64,000 nt of DNA from NCBI GenBank assembly GCA_947626505.1, contig CANQSN010000004.1:3980-67979 (forward strand). Reading direction: 5' to 3'. The translations under genes were made by a program, and so were the position numbers. This stretch comes from an uncultured Lachnospiraceae bacterium. GTDB lineage: Bacteria; Bacillota; Clostridia; Lachnospirales; Lachnospiraceae. How positions within the stretch are numbered: the first letter of the stretch is position 1; every line of letters begins with the position of its first letter. Positions 48,872 to 58,197 of this stretch are shown here, piece by piece. The notes below the pieces were generated by a model. That model did no database searches and was not told where the DNA came from. It saw only the letters and a list, made by a program, of their open reading frames with translations.

Positions 48872-49690
48872 ATGAGCCAGACAAATTTTACAGGAACAAA
48901 GAAGTACATTGCATCTGAGGAGCTTATGAAGACTGTCGATGTTGCTATGGAGCTTCAAAAACCGCTGCTTGTTAAAGGAGAGCCGGGTACAGGTAAAACA
49001 ATGCTTGCAGAGGCTGTGGCAGAGGCCTTGGACAAACCGCTTTATATATGGAATATAAAGTCAACTACTAAAGCGCAGGACGGGCTATATACTTACGATA
49101 CAATTCAGCGTCTTTACGACAGCCAGTTTGGAGAGGCGGGCGTTGATGATATTTCCCACTATATAAAGCTCGGTAAGCTCGGAGAGGCCTTTAAACAGGA
49201 CGGACAGGTGGTTCTTCTGATTGACGAGATTGATAAAGCGGATTTGGAATTTCCGAACGATTTGCTCTGGGAGCTTGATAAGATGGAGTTTTATATACAT
49301 GAGACAAAGGAGACTGTTAAGGCTAAGGTAAGGCCTATTGTAATTATAACCTCCAATGCAGAGAAGGAGCTGCCGGATGCATTTTTGCGCCGCTGCATTT
49401 TTCACTATATTGCGTTTCCTGACAGGGAGCAGATGGCGGAGATTGTACATGCTCATTTTGATAAGCTTGAGGATAATCTGCTTAAGGAGGCTATGGACGC
49501 ATTTTATTGGATTAGAAGTTTAAGGGATATGCGCAAAAAACCAAGCACTTCGGAGCTTATTGATTGGATTCGGGCTCTTATTATTGGCGGCATTGATACA
49601 GAGCGCATTAGAAACGAGCTTCCATTTTTAGGAGTGCTTGTAAAGAAAGACGAAGATTTAGAGTTGGTAAGGCAGATGCAGCTTAGTTAG
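48872..49690 (+). CDS. MoxR-family AAA+ ATPase (CoxD-like)
   Basis: GEPGTGKT, LLIDEIDKAD, ELPDAFLRRC. Confidence 0.9.
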   Translation: MSQTNFTGTKKYIASEELMKTVDVAMELQKPLLVKGEPGTGKTMLAEAVAEALDKPLYIWNIKSTTKAQDGLYTYDTIQRLYDSQFGEAGVDDISHYIKLGKLGEAFKQDGQVVLLIDEIDKADLEFPNDLLWELDKMEFYIHETKETVKAKVRPIVIITSNAEKELPDAFLRRCIFHYIAFPDREQMAEIVHAHFDKLEDNLLKEAMDAFYWIRSLRDMRKKPSTSELIDWIRALIIGGIDTERIRNELPFLGVLVKKDEDLELVRQMQLS

Positions 49691-49708
49691 CATATAAAGA
49701 GGTGAGAC

Positions 49709-50908
49709 ATGTTTACAAACTTTTTCTATTTGCTGAAGGCAAAAGGACTTGATGTGTCCACAACAGAGTGGCTTAATTTTATTGAAGCCTTAGATAGAGG
49801 ACTATGTCACGCAAGCTTCAGTGAATTTTATTATCTGGGCAGGATGATTCTTGTAAAAACGGAGTCGGATTATGACAAATATGACATTGCCTTTAAGGAA
49901 TTTTTTTATAATATTAAGTCTGAGGACGAGGTGCCTCCGGAGATTATGAAGTGGCTGGATAAGGGAGATATGGATTCTTCGCAGCTTAATCGGGAGATGT
50001 ATGAGTTTAAGACTGCCAAAGACGCCAATGAAGTGAAGCGCATGTTTAAAGAGCGTGTAAATGAACAGGATAGTGAGCACAATGGAGGAAGTTACTGGAT
50101 TGGCACAAGCGGAGGTTCTTCATTTGGACATTCGGGAAGAAATGTCGGCGGTATCAGAGTAGGCGGACAGGGCGGTTTGAAGTCTGCTTTTTCAGTTGCC
50201 GGTGAGCGCAGGTATCGGGATTTTAGAGAAGACAAGGTTCTAAGTATGCGCCAGTTTCAGGTGGCGTTTAGAAGGCTTAGGCAATTTTCCACGAAGCTTG
50301 ATGTTCCAAAGACTGAGCTTGATTTAGATGGAACCATTGACTCTACATGTAATAACGGCGGATATCTGCAATTGGAATTTGAAAAGCCGAGAAAGAATAC
50401 AGTAAAGCTTATGCTGCTTTTTGACTGCGGCGGCTCAATGTATCCTTTTAGCGCCATGTGCAATAGCCTGTTTCAGGCGGTGCATAAGGCGAATCATTTT
50501 AAAGATGTTAAGACATACTATTTTCATAACTGCATTTACTCTCATTTGTATAAAACTGCAGAGTGCGAGTATGGCGACTGGATTGAACTAGAGCAGGTGT
50601 TTCGCCACACAGACAAGGATTACAAGGTTATTATTGTGGGTGATGCGGCTATGGCGCCGGAGGAGCTTCTGGATATAAATGGCAATTACCGCGGCCCAAA
50701 CAAAGGATTGTCGGGTATTGAGTGGTGTAGATTTTTTAAGACAAAATATAACAAGATTATTTGGATGAATCCCAAAAAGCACACAGGGCTAACCTATCTT
50801 GCATGGATGGAATCGGAAGAATTGTTAAGCAAAGAATTTCCTATGTATCAGCTTTCTGTGGAGGGCTTAAAAGAAGGTATTACCTACCTGATGTCACCTA
50901 AGAAATAG
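49709..50908 (+). CDS. VWA-domain protein (CoxE-like), MoxR partner
   Basis: DCGGSM, IIVGDA, WMNP; follows the MoxR gene. Confidence 0.85.
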   Translation: MFTNFFYLLKAKGLDVSTTEWLNFIEALDRGLCHASFSEFYYLGRMILVKTESDYDKYDIAFKEFFYNIKSEDEVPPEIMKWLDKGDMDSSQLNREMYEFKTAKDANEVKRMFKERVNEQDSEHNGGSYWIGTSGGSSFGHSGRNVGGIRVGGQGGLKSAFSVAGERRYRDFREDKVLSMRQFQVAFRRLRQFSTKLDVPKTELDLDGTIDSTCNNGGYLQLEFEKPRKNTVKLMLLFDCGGSMYPFSAMCNSLFQAVHKANHFKDVKTYYFHNCIYSHLYKTAECEYGDWIELEQVFRHTDKDYKVIIVGDAAMAPEELLDINGNYRGPNKGLSGIEWCRFFKTKYNKIIWMNPKKHTGLTYLAWMESEELLSKEFPMYQLSVEGLKEGITYLMSPKK

Positions 50909-50920
50909 TGCATCAGGCGC

Positions 50921-50990
50921 AGAGATTCGGATAAGAAGGCGTCTGCTAAAGCAGACTAAAATCCCAACCAAGACTCGCAAGCGAGTCTTG
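50921..50990 (+). repeat. Two-hairpin intergenic repeat copy
   Basis: agagattcggataagaa...gtctgctaaagcagac-N13-aagactcgcaagcgagtcttg. Confidence 0.85.
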
Positions 50991-51041
50991 GATATATATG
51001 ATAAAGTAAATGTTACATAGTTACAGAAAGGGACAAAAGAC

Positions 51042-52025
51042 ATGGTTAAGAAAATTTTGATAGTTATTGCCTTGCTGTTAAGTACACTGTTAGGGTGCTA
51101 TGTGGGCAAAATGAGTACAAGTCTGGATTTATTAAACAGAAATGATAATAATAAGCTGTCCGATGTAGACTTGGGAGATATTAAGGTGGCTTCTGATAAG
51201 AATATTATAAATATTTTGTTAATTGGTTCTGACAGCCGCTCAGAGTTGGGTTCAGAAAAATACGGACGGAGCGATACCGTTATGATTGCAACTATAGACA
51301 GCAAGCATAATCGGTTAAAGCTTACTTCGCTTATGAGAGATATGGTGGTTGATATTCCGGGATATGGAATGCATAAGTTTAATGCCGCCTATTCATATGG
51401 CGGCCCGGAGCTGCTTTACAAAACAATTGCAGGTACATTTGGGGTGTCGCTTGACGGATATGCAGAAGTGGATTTTGAGGCGTTTAAGGATATTGTCGAT
51501 AAGGTTGGAGGAGTAGAGATTGAGCTTACTGAGACAGAGGCTCAGTATCTTAATACTACCAATTATATTCATGGAAAGAGCAACCGTAATGTTGTGCCGG
51601 GCTGGAATACTATGAATGGCGCGCAGGCTCTTGGATACTGTCGTGTCCGCAAGGTGGCTAATATAAACGGTACAAACAATGACCAGGGACGTACAGAACG
51701 CCAGCGCATGGTTATGAGCGGCATTTTCGATAAGGTGAAGAAAATGCCTATGTCCAAGTGGATGGATATTATAAAAGTGGTACTTCCTAATATTACAACG
51801 GATATAAGCAATTCTGAGATTGTTTCCTATGCCACAACAGTGGTTACAATGGGAACTACAGAAATTGACCAGTACCGTATTCCTGTGGAAGGATATTATT
51901 CTAAGAGTAATGTAGATGGAGATTCTCTGGCATTGGCAGATGAAAATAAGGATTTGCTTCTGGATTTCATTTATGATTATGATGGCAGAGATAAGAATTC
52001 TTCAGAGAGTGCAGGTGAGCAGTAA
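51042..52025 (+). CDS. LCP (LytR-CpsA-Psr) family protein
   Basis: NILLIGSD.R, RSDTVM, SLMRD, KFNAAY, D.GR..RQ. Confidence 0.92.
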   Translation: MVKKILIVIALLLSTLLGCYVGKMSTSLDLLNRNDNNKLSDVDLGDIKVASDKNIINILLIGSDSRSELGSEKYGRSDTVMIATIDSKHNRLKLTSLMRDMVVDIPGYGMHKFNAAYSYGGPELLYKTIAGTFGVSLDGYAEVDFEAFKDIVDKVGGVEIELTETEAQYLNTTNYIHGKSNRNVVPGWNTMNGAQALGYCRVRKVANINGTNNDQGRTERQRMVMSGIFDKVKKMPMSKWMDIIKVVLPNITTDISNSEIVSYATTVVTMGTTEIDQYRIPVEGYYSKSNVDGDSLALADENKDLLLDFIYDYDGRDKNSSESAGEQ

Positions 52026-53362
52026 TGGCAAAAAATATTTTTAAGATTTTTATTAAGGGGTTTTTACAGGCGATACTGATACTTGCCAGTATGATTCTTT
52101 GTGGAGTGGGAGGTTTCTTCGGTACGCGTTATTATTATACAAAGAAGACAAATAAGGAAAATGCCACAAAGATTGCAAGTATGATTGGCGACGCCCAGAT
52201 TGATGATGTTTCTAAAAATCTTATTTATGTATGGAATGAGGACAAGGGAAGAATCAGCTCATGTTTGCTGGAGGTATTTGATACACAGAACAATAAAATG
52301 ACTTATATTACCATTCCTACCAGCGGACAGGTGACTATACCGGCGCAGATGTACAAGAAGATTTGCATGGTAAATCAGGAGATTCCGCAGGTGTTTTCCA
52401 TTGCCAAGCTGTGCCAGTATTTTGACGAGGGAGACGATACAGCCTTCGGGTATGGCGTTTTGATTTTGGAGGAATATTTTAATATTGATATTTCTTATTA
52501 CACAGTTGTGCCGACTGATGTGTTTGATGAGATGTTTGAGAACAGGGAAGTGGACATTGACCAGAAGGGAGCTATTAAGGGCGAGAATTATGCAAGCATT
52601 GATAAGGTTGACTCCTCTGAAAAGAAAGATGAAGGCGAGGATCCATTTGCCCATGACGACAGTTTTGTAACAACTGATAACTATGCGGATTCCACTACGG
52701 AGGAGCCTGCGTCTTCTGGAGGAACTGCTTCTTCAGAAGAGAATACTACAGAGGAGGTTATGCCGGACACTACCAGCGTCAAGGTAAGGATGGTCAGGGA
52801 AGACTACTTTCAAAAGGTTGAGGAGTATCTTAAGGATTCGGATTTAAATACTTATGTGAGCGAGCAGTGCGCAAGAGTGAGGTCTAATCTGGATGTGAGC
52901 GATAAGCTGTCCTATGTTGAAAAGTATCAGCTTTTGACAAAGGAGGATTACATGTATTACTGCATACCGGGAAAGTACGATGGTAAGACCTATGTATTCT
53001 ATGAGGATAATGCCAGCAAGCTGTTCAGAAAGTGCAATGTAAATGAGGTTCCTTCTGAGAATGAAGATGAGGAAGATGAAAACGAGGGCCTGCAGTCAGA
53101 ACTCTTTAATCTGGTTATTTTGAATTCTACTCAGACAGCAGGAGTGGCGGCAAACTGGTCGGAGGAATTTACTGCAAGGGGATACAACGTAAAAGAGGTT
53201 GGCAATTATTCTCCTCAGCTTACGGACACGCTTATTATAGTAAAGGAGGAGGGACAGGGTGAAGAATTTTTAAGGTTCTTTACCAACGCATCTATTGAGG
53301 TTGGCGATGTGCCAAGCGGAGCAGACGCAAAGATTATAATAGGAAGCAACGATATAAAATAG
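52025..53362 (+). CDS. Degenerate LCP-like protein with LytR C-terminal domain
   Basis: N-terminal TM; C-terminal VILNST.TAGVA...EVGNY...IIIG.N. Confidence 0.65.
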   Translation: MAKNIFKIFIKGFLQAILILASMILCGVGGFFGTRYYYTKKTNKENATKIASMIGDAQIDDVSKNLIYVWNEDKGRISSCLLEVFDTQNNKMTYITIPTSGQVTIPAQMYKKICMVNQEIPQVFSIAKLCQYFDEGDDTAFGYGVLILEEYFNIDISYYTVVPTDVFDEMFENREVDIDQKGAIKGENYASIDKVDSSEKKDEGEDPFAHDDSFVTTDNYADSTTEEPASSGGTASSEENTTEEVMPDTTSVKVRMVREDYFQKVEEYLKDSDLNTYVSEQCARVRSNLDVSDKLSYVEKYQLLTKEDYMYYCIPGKYDGKTYVFYEDNASKLFRKCNVNEVPSENEDEEDENEGLQSELFNLVILNSTQTAGVAANWSEEFTARGYNVKEVGNYSPQLTDTLIIVKEEGQGEEFLRFFTNASIEVGDVPSGADAKIIIGSNDIK

Positions 53363-53378
53363 TCATAAAAAATAGCAA

Positions 53379-55163
53379 ATGGGAGGTGATGGATTGAAAA
53401 AGGCATATTCTAATAAAGAGCTATATGAAATTGCAAAGGAGAATTATCAGACATTAAGATTTCACTGTGTAAAGCTCCAGATGGAGGGATACTGGACGCA
53501 GCCGCAGCAGATTACAGGGCTGACTATACAGGAGCAATTGGATATATATTTGCAGGCGTTACTTTTGATGTTTGCAATTCATACAGGGAGATTTGAGAAA
53601 GAGCAGAATCATTTTGTAAGAGCAATACCGGATTCCAATCCATTATCCGTAGCTGAAGGGGAGGAGTTATCACAGGAAATTGCGGTTTCAGCCCAAAAAA
53701 TGATTACAGCTCCGCCTATTTTACTACAGCTTTTTGCCCTTAGAGATAAAGAGAAAAAGACACATTTAGCAGTGATGTTTGTAGATACAATGCTAAACAT
53801 TATTATTGCAATGGCTTATCTTGACGAGCAGGAGGGTATGGGCTTAGTAGAATTTTTAAAGGCATATATGGAGAAGGTACAGGTATTTTTAAGCGATGAG
53901 CTTAAGTATTTGTCAGAAATCGACGAGCAGTATGTTGTTAAGAAGATGGGCAGTGAAACTTTTAAGACAGGTTATGTAAGGGACGAGGTTGAGTATGCCA
54001 GAATTCTTGCGAAACCAAGCGTACAGCAGGAAGGTACGCCCAGCGGCGGAGTCCGTTTGCATAAAGAAACAGGTAACAAATCAGAAGAAGATAAGCATAA
54101 AGAGGTTTCTGTTAAGGATAAAGTAAAACCGATAAATGATAAAAAGATAAAAAATACTAGTAAAAAGACTCCGGTTCAGGAAAAGACGGAGGAAAAAAAG
54201 CAGACGGAAAAAAGGTATGGTGATTCTAATAAGACTGTTAAAAAGCCTAAGACTGAGAAAGCTGCGCCTGTTAAGCTTGATGAAGAAACAATTGCAAGGG
54301 AAACAGCTAAGGCAAGGCTTGAGCTTGAGCAGGCAAGGGATGCAAAACGGGCGGCAGCAGTGGATAAGTTAATGGAGCAGCTTAATGAGCTGGTAGGCTT
54401 AGAGAGTGTTAAGAAGGAAATGCAGTCTTTAGTGAATCTGATTAAGGTTCGCAAGATGCGCGCCAATCATAACATGCCGCAGATGGATATGACATACCAT
54501 ATGGTATTTACCGGAAATGCCGGAACAGGCAAGACCACAGTAGCCCGTATGGTGGCGGAGATTTATAAAGAGCTTGGCGTGCTGTCTAAGGGTACATTTG
54601 TCGAGACAGACAGGGCGGGGCTTGTGGCAGGTTATTTAGGCCAGACTGCAATGAAGGTTAAAGAGGTTGTGGAGCAGGCGAAAGGCGGAGTGCTTTTTAT
54701 TGATGAGGCGTATTCCTTAAGCAGCCGCGATGCAGGAGACGATTATGGTATTGAAGCTATTGATACTCTTGTTAAGGAGATGGAGGATAACCGCAGCGAC
54801 TTAGTGGTTATCGTAGCGGGCTACCGTAAGGAGATGGAGCGTTTTTTAAAGTCAAATACAGGTTTGATTTCACGTTTTAACAAGTACATTGATTTTCAGG
54901 ATTATTCTAATGAACAGCTTGTTGATATTTTAAGCATGATGGCTAAAAAGGCGGGAATGACTATTGAAGATAGTGCATTACATATTGTCCGTAAGTATTT
55001 GGAAGATATGGATGAGTCTGCAAAGAAGGATTTTGGCAATGCAAGAGGTATACGTAATACATTTGAGAAGATTGTTACGAATCAGGCAAACCGCATTGTC
55101 CAAGTTGATAATCCTACAGTGGAACAGCTTGGTACAATTGTAAAAGAAGATATTATATTATAA
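53379..55163 (+). CDS. SpoVK/CbbX-family AAA ATPase with long N-terminal extension
   Basis: LVGLESVK, HMVFTGNAGTGKT, LVAGYLGQTA, FIDEAYSL, SRF, FGNAR. Confidence 0.85.
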   Translation: MGGDGLKKAYSNKELYEIAKENYQTLRFHCVKLQMEGYWTQPQQITGLTIQEQLDIYLQALLLMFAIHTGRFEKEQNHFVRAIPDSNPLSVAEGEELSQEIAVSAQKMITAPPILLQLFALRDKEKKTHLAVMFVDTMLNIIIAMAYLDEQEGMGLVEFLKAYMEKVQVFLSDELKYLSEIDEQYVVKKMGSETFKTGYVRDEVEYARILAKPSVQQEGTPSGGVRLHKETGNKSEEDKHKEVSVKDKVKPINDKKIKNTSKKTPVQEKTEEKKQTEKRYGDSNKTVKKPKTEKAAPVKLDEETIARETAKARLELEQARDAKRAAAVDKLMEQLNELVGLESVKKEMQSLVNLIKVRKMRANHNMPQMDMTYHMVFTGNAGTGKTTVARMVAEIYKELGVLSKGTFVETDRAGLVAGYLGQTAMKVKEVVEQAKGGVLFIDEAYSLSSRDAGDDYGIEAIDTLVKEMEDNRSDLVVIVAGYRKEMERFLKSNTGLISRFNKYIDFQDYSNEQLVDILSMMAKKAGMTIEDSALHIVRKYLEDMDESAKKDFGNARGIRNTFEKIVTNQANRIVQVDNPTVEQLGTIVKEDIIL

Positions 55164-55165
55164 AG

Positions 55166-55236
55166 AGAGATTCGGATAAGAAATTGTCTGCTAAAGCAGA
55201 CTAAAATCCAATGCCAAGACTCGCAAGCGAGTCTTG
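55166..55236 (+). repeat. Two-hairpin intergenic repeat copy
   Basis: agagattcggataagaa...gtctgctaaagcagac-N14-aagactcgcaagcgagtcttg. Confidence 0.85.
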
Positions 55237-55279
55237 AATTTTCAGGTTTATATAGTTTTAAGCTGTGCGGCAAGAGTTG

Positions 55280-56149
55280 TTAAAATGTAAAGGTGTCGCG
55301 GTATTCTTTGGATTTTGCAAAAAAGTCCATAAGACCATCCTCGTCACCCATAATCAGCATTTGCTTAAATTCCTCCAATACAATCTGGTATTGGCTTAGA
55401 AAGGTTAATACAGCAGTGCGGTTATCCACAACAATGTTCTGCCACATTTCCGGAGATGAGGAGGCAATGCGCGTCATATCTCGGAAGCCTCCGGCAGCAA
55501 ATTGTTTCATGTATTGCTTCTCGTTGTCATGCTCTCTTACTGTGTTGACTAGAGAGTAGGAGAGAATGTGGGGTACATGGCTGATGGCAGCGGCAGCTAT
55601 GTCGTGCTCCTCAGGGGAAAGTATCATAGTTTTACTTTTGCACATGGAAGTAATTTCTTTCATTGTGTTAATGGCAGTCTCCTTCGTGTCCTTTGTAGGA
55701 GTGAGCAGGTAGAACGCACCGTTCAGCATAGTGTCGTTTGAGTTTTCATATCCTGTCTTTTCTGTGCCGGCCATAGGATGTCCGCCGATAAATTGATGGG
55801 TTAGCTTGGCGTCTTCTACTGCTTTGTGAATTCCGCCCTTTACGCTTCCCACATCCGTTAAAATGCAGTCCGGTTTCATAATCTCCTTGAGCTTTTTAAG
55901 GTAAGAAATATTTACAATTACAGGCGCGCACAAAAATATAATGTCGCATTCCTTAAAGCCTTCATTTAAATCTTTTTCCAGACCGTTTAATACACCGTCC
56001 TCCAGCGCCATTTTAAGACCGGGCTTTACATTTGGATAGCGGTTGTTTAAAGCAATAATGCGGGTATCCGGCGCACATTTTCGTATGCACCTTGCTATAT
56101 CTCCTGCAATAAGTCCAAATCCGATAAATCCGATAATTTTAGCTTTCAT
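55280..56149 (-). CDS. tyrA: Prephenate dehydrogenase
   Basis: GFGLI, TDVGSVK, GGHPMAG.E, SHVPH, GFRDMTRIASS.P.MW. Confidence 0.93.
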   Translation of the reverse strand: MKAKIIGFIGFGLIAGDIARCIRKCAPDTRIIALNNRYPNVKPGLKMALEDGVLNGLEKDLNEGFKECDIIFLCAPVIVNISYLKKLKEIMKPDCILTDVGSVKGGIHKAVEDAKLTHQFIGGHPMAGTEKTGYENSNDTMLNGAFYLLTPTKDTKETAINTMKEITSMCKSKTMILSPEEHDIAAAAISHVPHILSYSLVNTVREHDNEKQYMKQFAAGGFRDMTRIASSSPEMWQNIVVDNRTAVLTFLSQYQIVLEEFKQMLIMGDEDGLMDFFAKSKEYRDTFTF

Positions 56150-56361
56150 AGCGATATAATCTCCAATCCATAACAATCCGTCAGTATTTTCATTTGCTAT
56201 TTTACTCTAACTGTCTTTTAAGGTCAATGCTTTTTTGCTTTAAAGCGGTAAATAGATAGTAGGATACAATCTTAGGATACGGTCGTTGACACACAAAAAA
56301 AACAGTGGTATCATAAAATTATTATATGAGATATAATATATACGGAAAGGAAGTAGTAGCA

Positions 56362-57393
56362 ATGGAGAAGAAAGATATCGACTGGGCAAACCTTGGGTTT
56401 GGCTATTTGCCAACAGACAAAAGATTTGTTACTAATTTTAAGAATGGTGAATGGGAAGAGGGACAGCTTGTTGAAGATGATACTGTTACCATAAGCGAGT
56501 GCGCATGTGTATTGCAGTATGCGCAGACCTGTTTTGAGGGGCTTAAGGCATACACCACAGAACAGGGGAAGATTGTGGTTTTCCGTCCTGATTTGAACGG
56601 GCAGCGCATGGAGGATAGCTGTAAGCGGCTGGAGATGCCTGTTTATCCAAAGGAGAAGTTTGTGGATGCGGTTATTAAAACCGTTCAGGCGAATGCTGCA
56701 TATGTGCCTCCGTTTGGTTCAGGCGCTACTTTATATGTAAGGCCATATATGTTTGGAAGCAATGCAGTTATAGGCGTAAGTCCGGCGGACGAGTATCAGT
56801 TTCGTGTGTTTACAACTCCGGTAGGACCTTATTTTAAGGGCGGAGCTAAGCCTATTTATATACGGGTTTCTGATTTTGACCGCGCAGCTCCTCATGGAAC
56901 CGGACACATTAAGGCGGGACTTAATTATGCAATGAGTCTCCATGCTATTGTGGATGCCCACGACAAAGGTTTTGCAGAGAATATGTATCTGGATCCAGCT
57001 ACTAGAACAAAGGTTGAGGAGACCGGCGGCGCTAATTTCATTTTTGTGACTAAGGATAATAAGGTGGTAACTCCGAAGTCAGACAGCATTTTACCATCTA
57101 TTACAAGACGCTCCATTATTTATGTTGCCAAGGAATACTTAGGATTAGAGGTTGAGGAGAGAGAGGTTTACTTTGATGAGGTTAAAGATTTTGCAGAATG
57201 CGGACTTTGCGGTACCGCTGCGGTTATTTCTCCTGTAGGCAAGATTAACGACCATGGTACCGATATTTGTTTCCCAAGTGGAATGGACGAGATGGGCCCG
57301 ATTACAAAGAAGTTATATGATACGCTGACCGGTATTCAGATGGGGCGGATAGATGCGCCTGAAGGCTGGATTCAGGAGATTCCTGTGGAGTAA
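56362..57393 (+). CDS. ilvE: Branched-chain amino acid aminotransferase
   Basis: YAQTCFEGLKAY, LYVRP, K.GLNY, EETGGAN, ILPSITR, GTAAVISP. Confidence 0.95.
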   Translation: MEKKDIDWANLGFGYLPTDKRFVTNFKNGEWEEGQLVEDDTVTISECACVLQYAQTCFEGLKAYTTEQGKIVVFRPDLNGQRMEDSCKRLEMPVYPKEKFVDAVIKTVQANAAYVPPFGSGATLYVRPYMFGSNAVIGVSPADEYQFRVFTTPVGPYFKGGAKPIYIRVSDFDRAAPHGTGHIKAGLNYAMSLHAIVDAHDKGFAENMYLDPATRTKVEETGGANFIFVTKDNKVVTPKSDSILPSITRRSIIYVAKEYLGLEVEEREVYFDEVKDFAECGLCGTAAVISPVGKINDHGTDICFPSGMDEMGPITKKLYDTLTGIQMGRIDAPEGWIQEIPVE

Positions 57394-57421
57394 TCAGGAT
57401 TGTGTTAAAGATTTTTTAAAA

Positions 57422-57452
57422 GGCAACCTCTGTATAATGCAGGGGTTGTTTT
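57422..57452 (+). terminator. Intrinsic terminator after ilvE
   Basis: ggcaacctctgta...tgcaggggttgtttt. Confidence 0.6.
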
Positions 57453-57506
57453 TACAAGGAGAGGGAAAATTTTTGAGTAATATTGTTATATTTGAGGAGA
57501 CGGAAT

Positions 57507-58067
57507 ATGAAATTTAAAAAAATTGAAAAAAAGTTGGAATCTAAGTATATTAACCGGTATGATGTAATTTATGAAACTATAGATGGAAAAGAGAAACGAT
57601 ACGAGATGATTAGCCGCGATAAGGAGCTTGACAGCTTCGACAAGCTTCATAATCGTCCTGCTGATGCAGTAGTGCTTATTATGCATGATGAGAGCGGCGA
57701 AAAGATTTTGCTGAATAAGGAGTTTAGGCTGGCGGCAGGGGAAAATGTTTTTAATTTTCCGGCGGGACTTATTGATTCGGGTGAGAAGCCGGAGCAAAGT
57801 GCAAAGCGGGAACTTAAGGAGGAGACAGGTCTTGATTTAAAAATAATTACAGAAGTGATTCCGGAGAGCTATAGCGCTATTGGTTTTTCCAATGAAAAAA
57901 ATGTATGTATTGTCGGTGTGGCAACGGGAGAATTTGCTCCAAGCACTTCTACAGTAGAGGAGATTGAGGCCGGCTGGTATACGAGAGAGCAGGTAAGAGA
58001 GCTGCTTAAAACAGAACCGTTTGCAGCAAGAAGCCAAGCGTATTGTTACATGTGGGCAAAGGAATAG
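57507..58067 (+). CDS. NUDIX hydrolase (ADP-ribose pyrophosphatase-like)
   Basis: PAGLID.GE....SAKRELKEETG. Confidence 0.88.
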   Translation: MKFKKIEKKLESKYINRYDVIYETIDGKEKRYEMISRDKELDSFDKLHNRPADAVVLIMHDESGEKILLNKEFRLAAGENVFNFPAGLIDSGEKPEQSAKRELKEETGLDLKIITEVIPESYSAIGFSNEKNVCIVGVATGEFAPSTSTVEEIEAGWYTREQVRELLKTEPFAARSQAYCYMWAKE

Positions 58068-58197
58068 GATTATGGGATTTAAAACAACAGCATCTAGTTG
58101 ACATTTTATTGTTTGTGCACAAGATGGTGTTGTTTTTTATTGTATTAATATGTGGTACAATAACTCTGTGTGGACAAATTTAAGCAGGAGTATAGTT

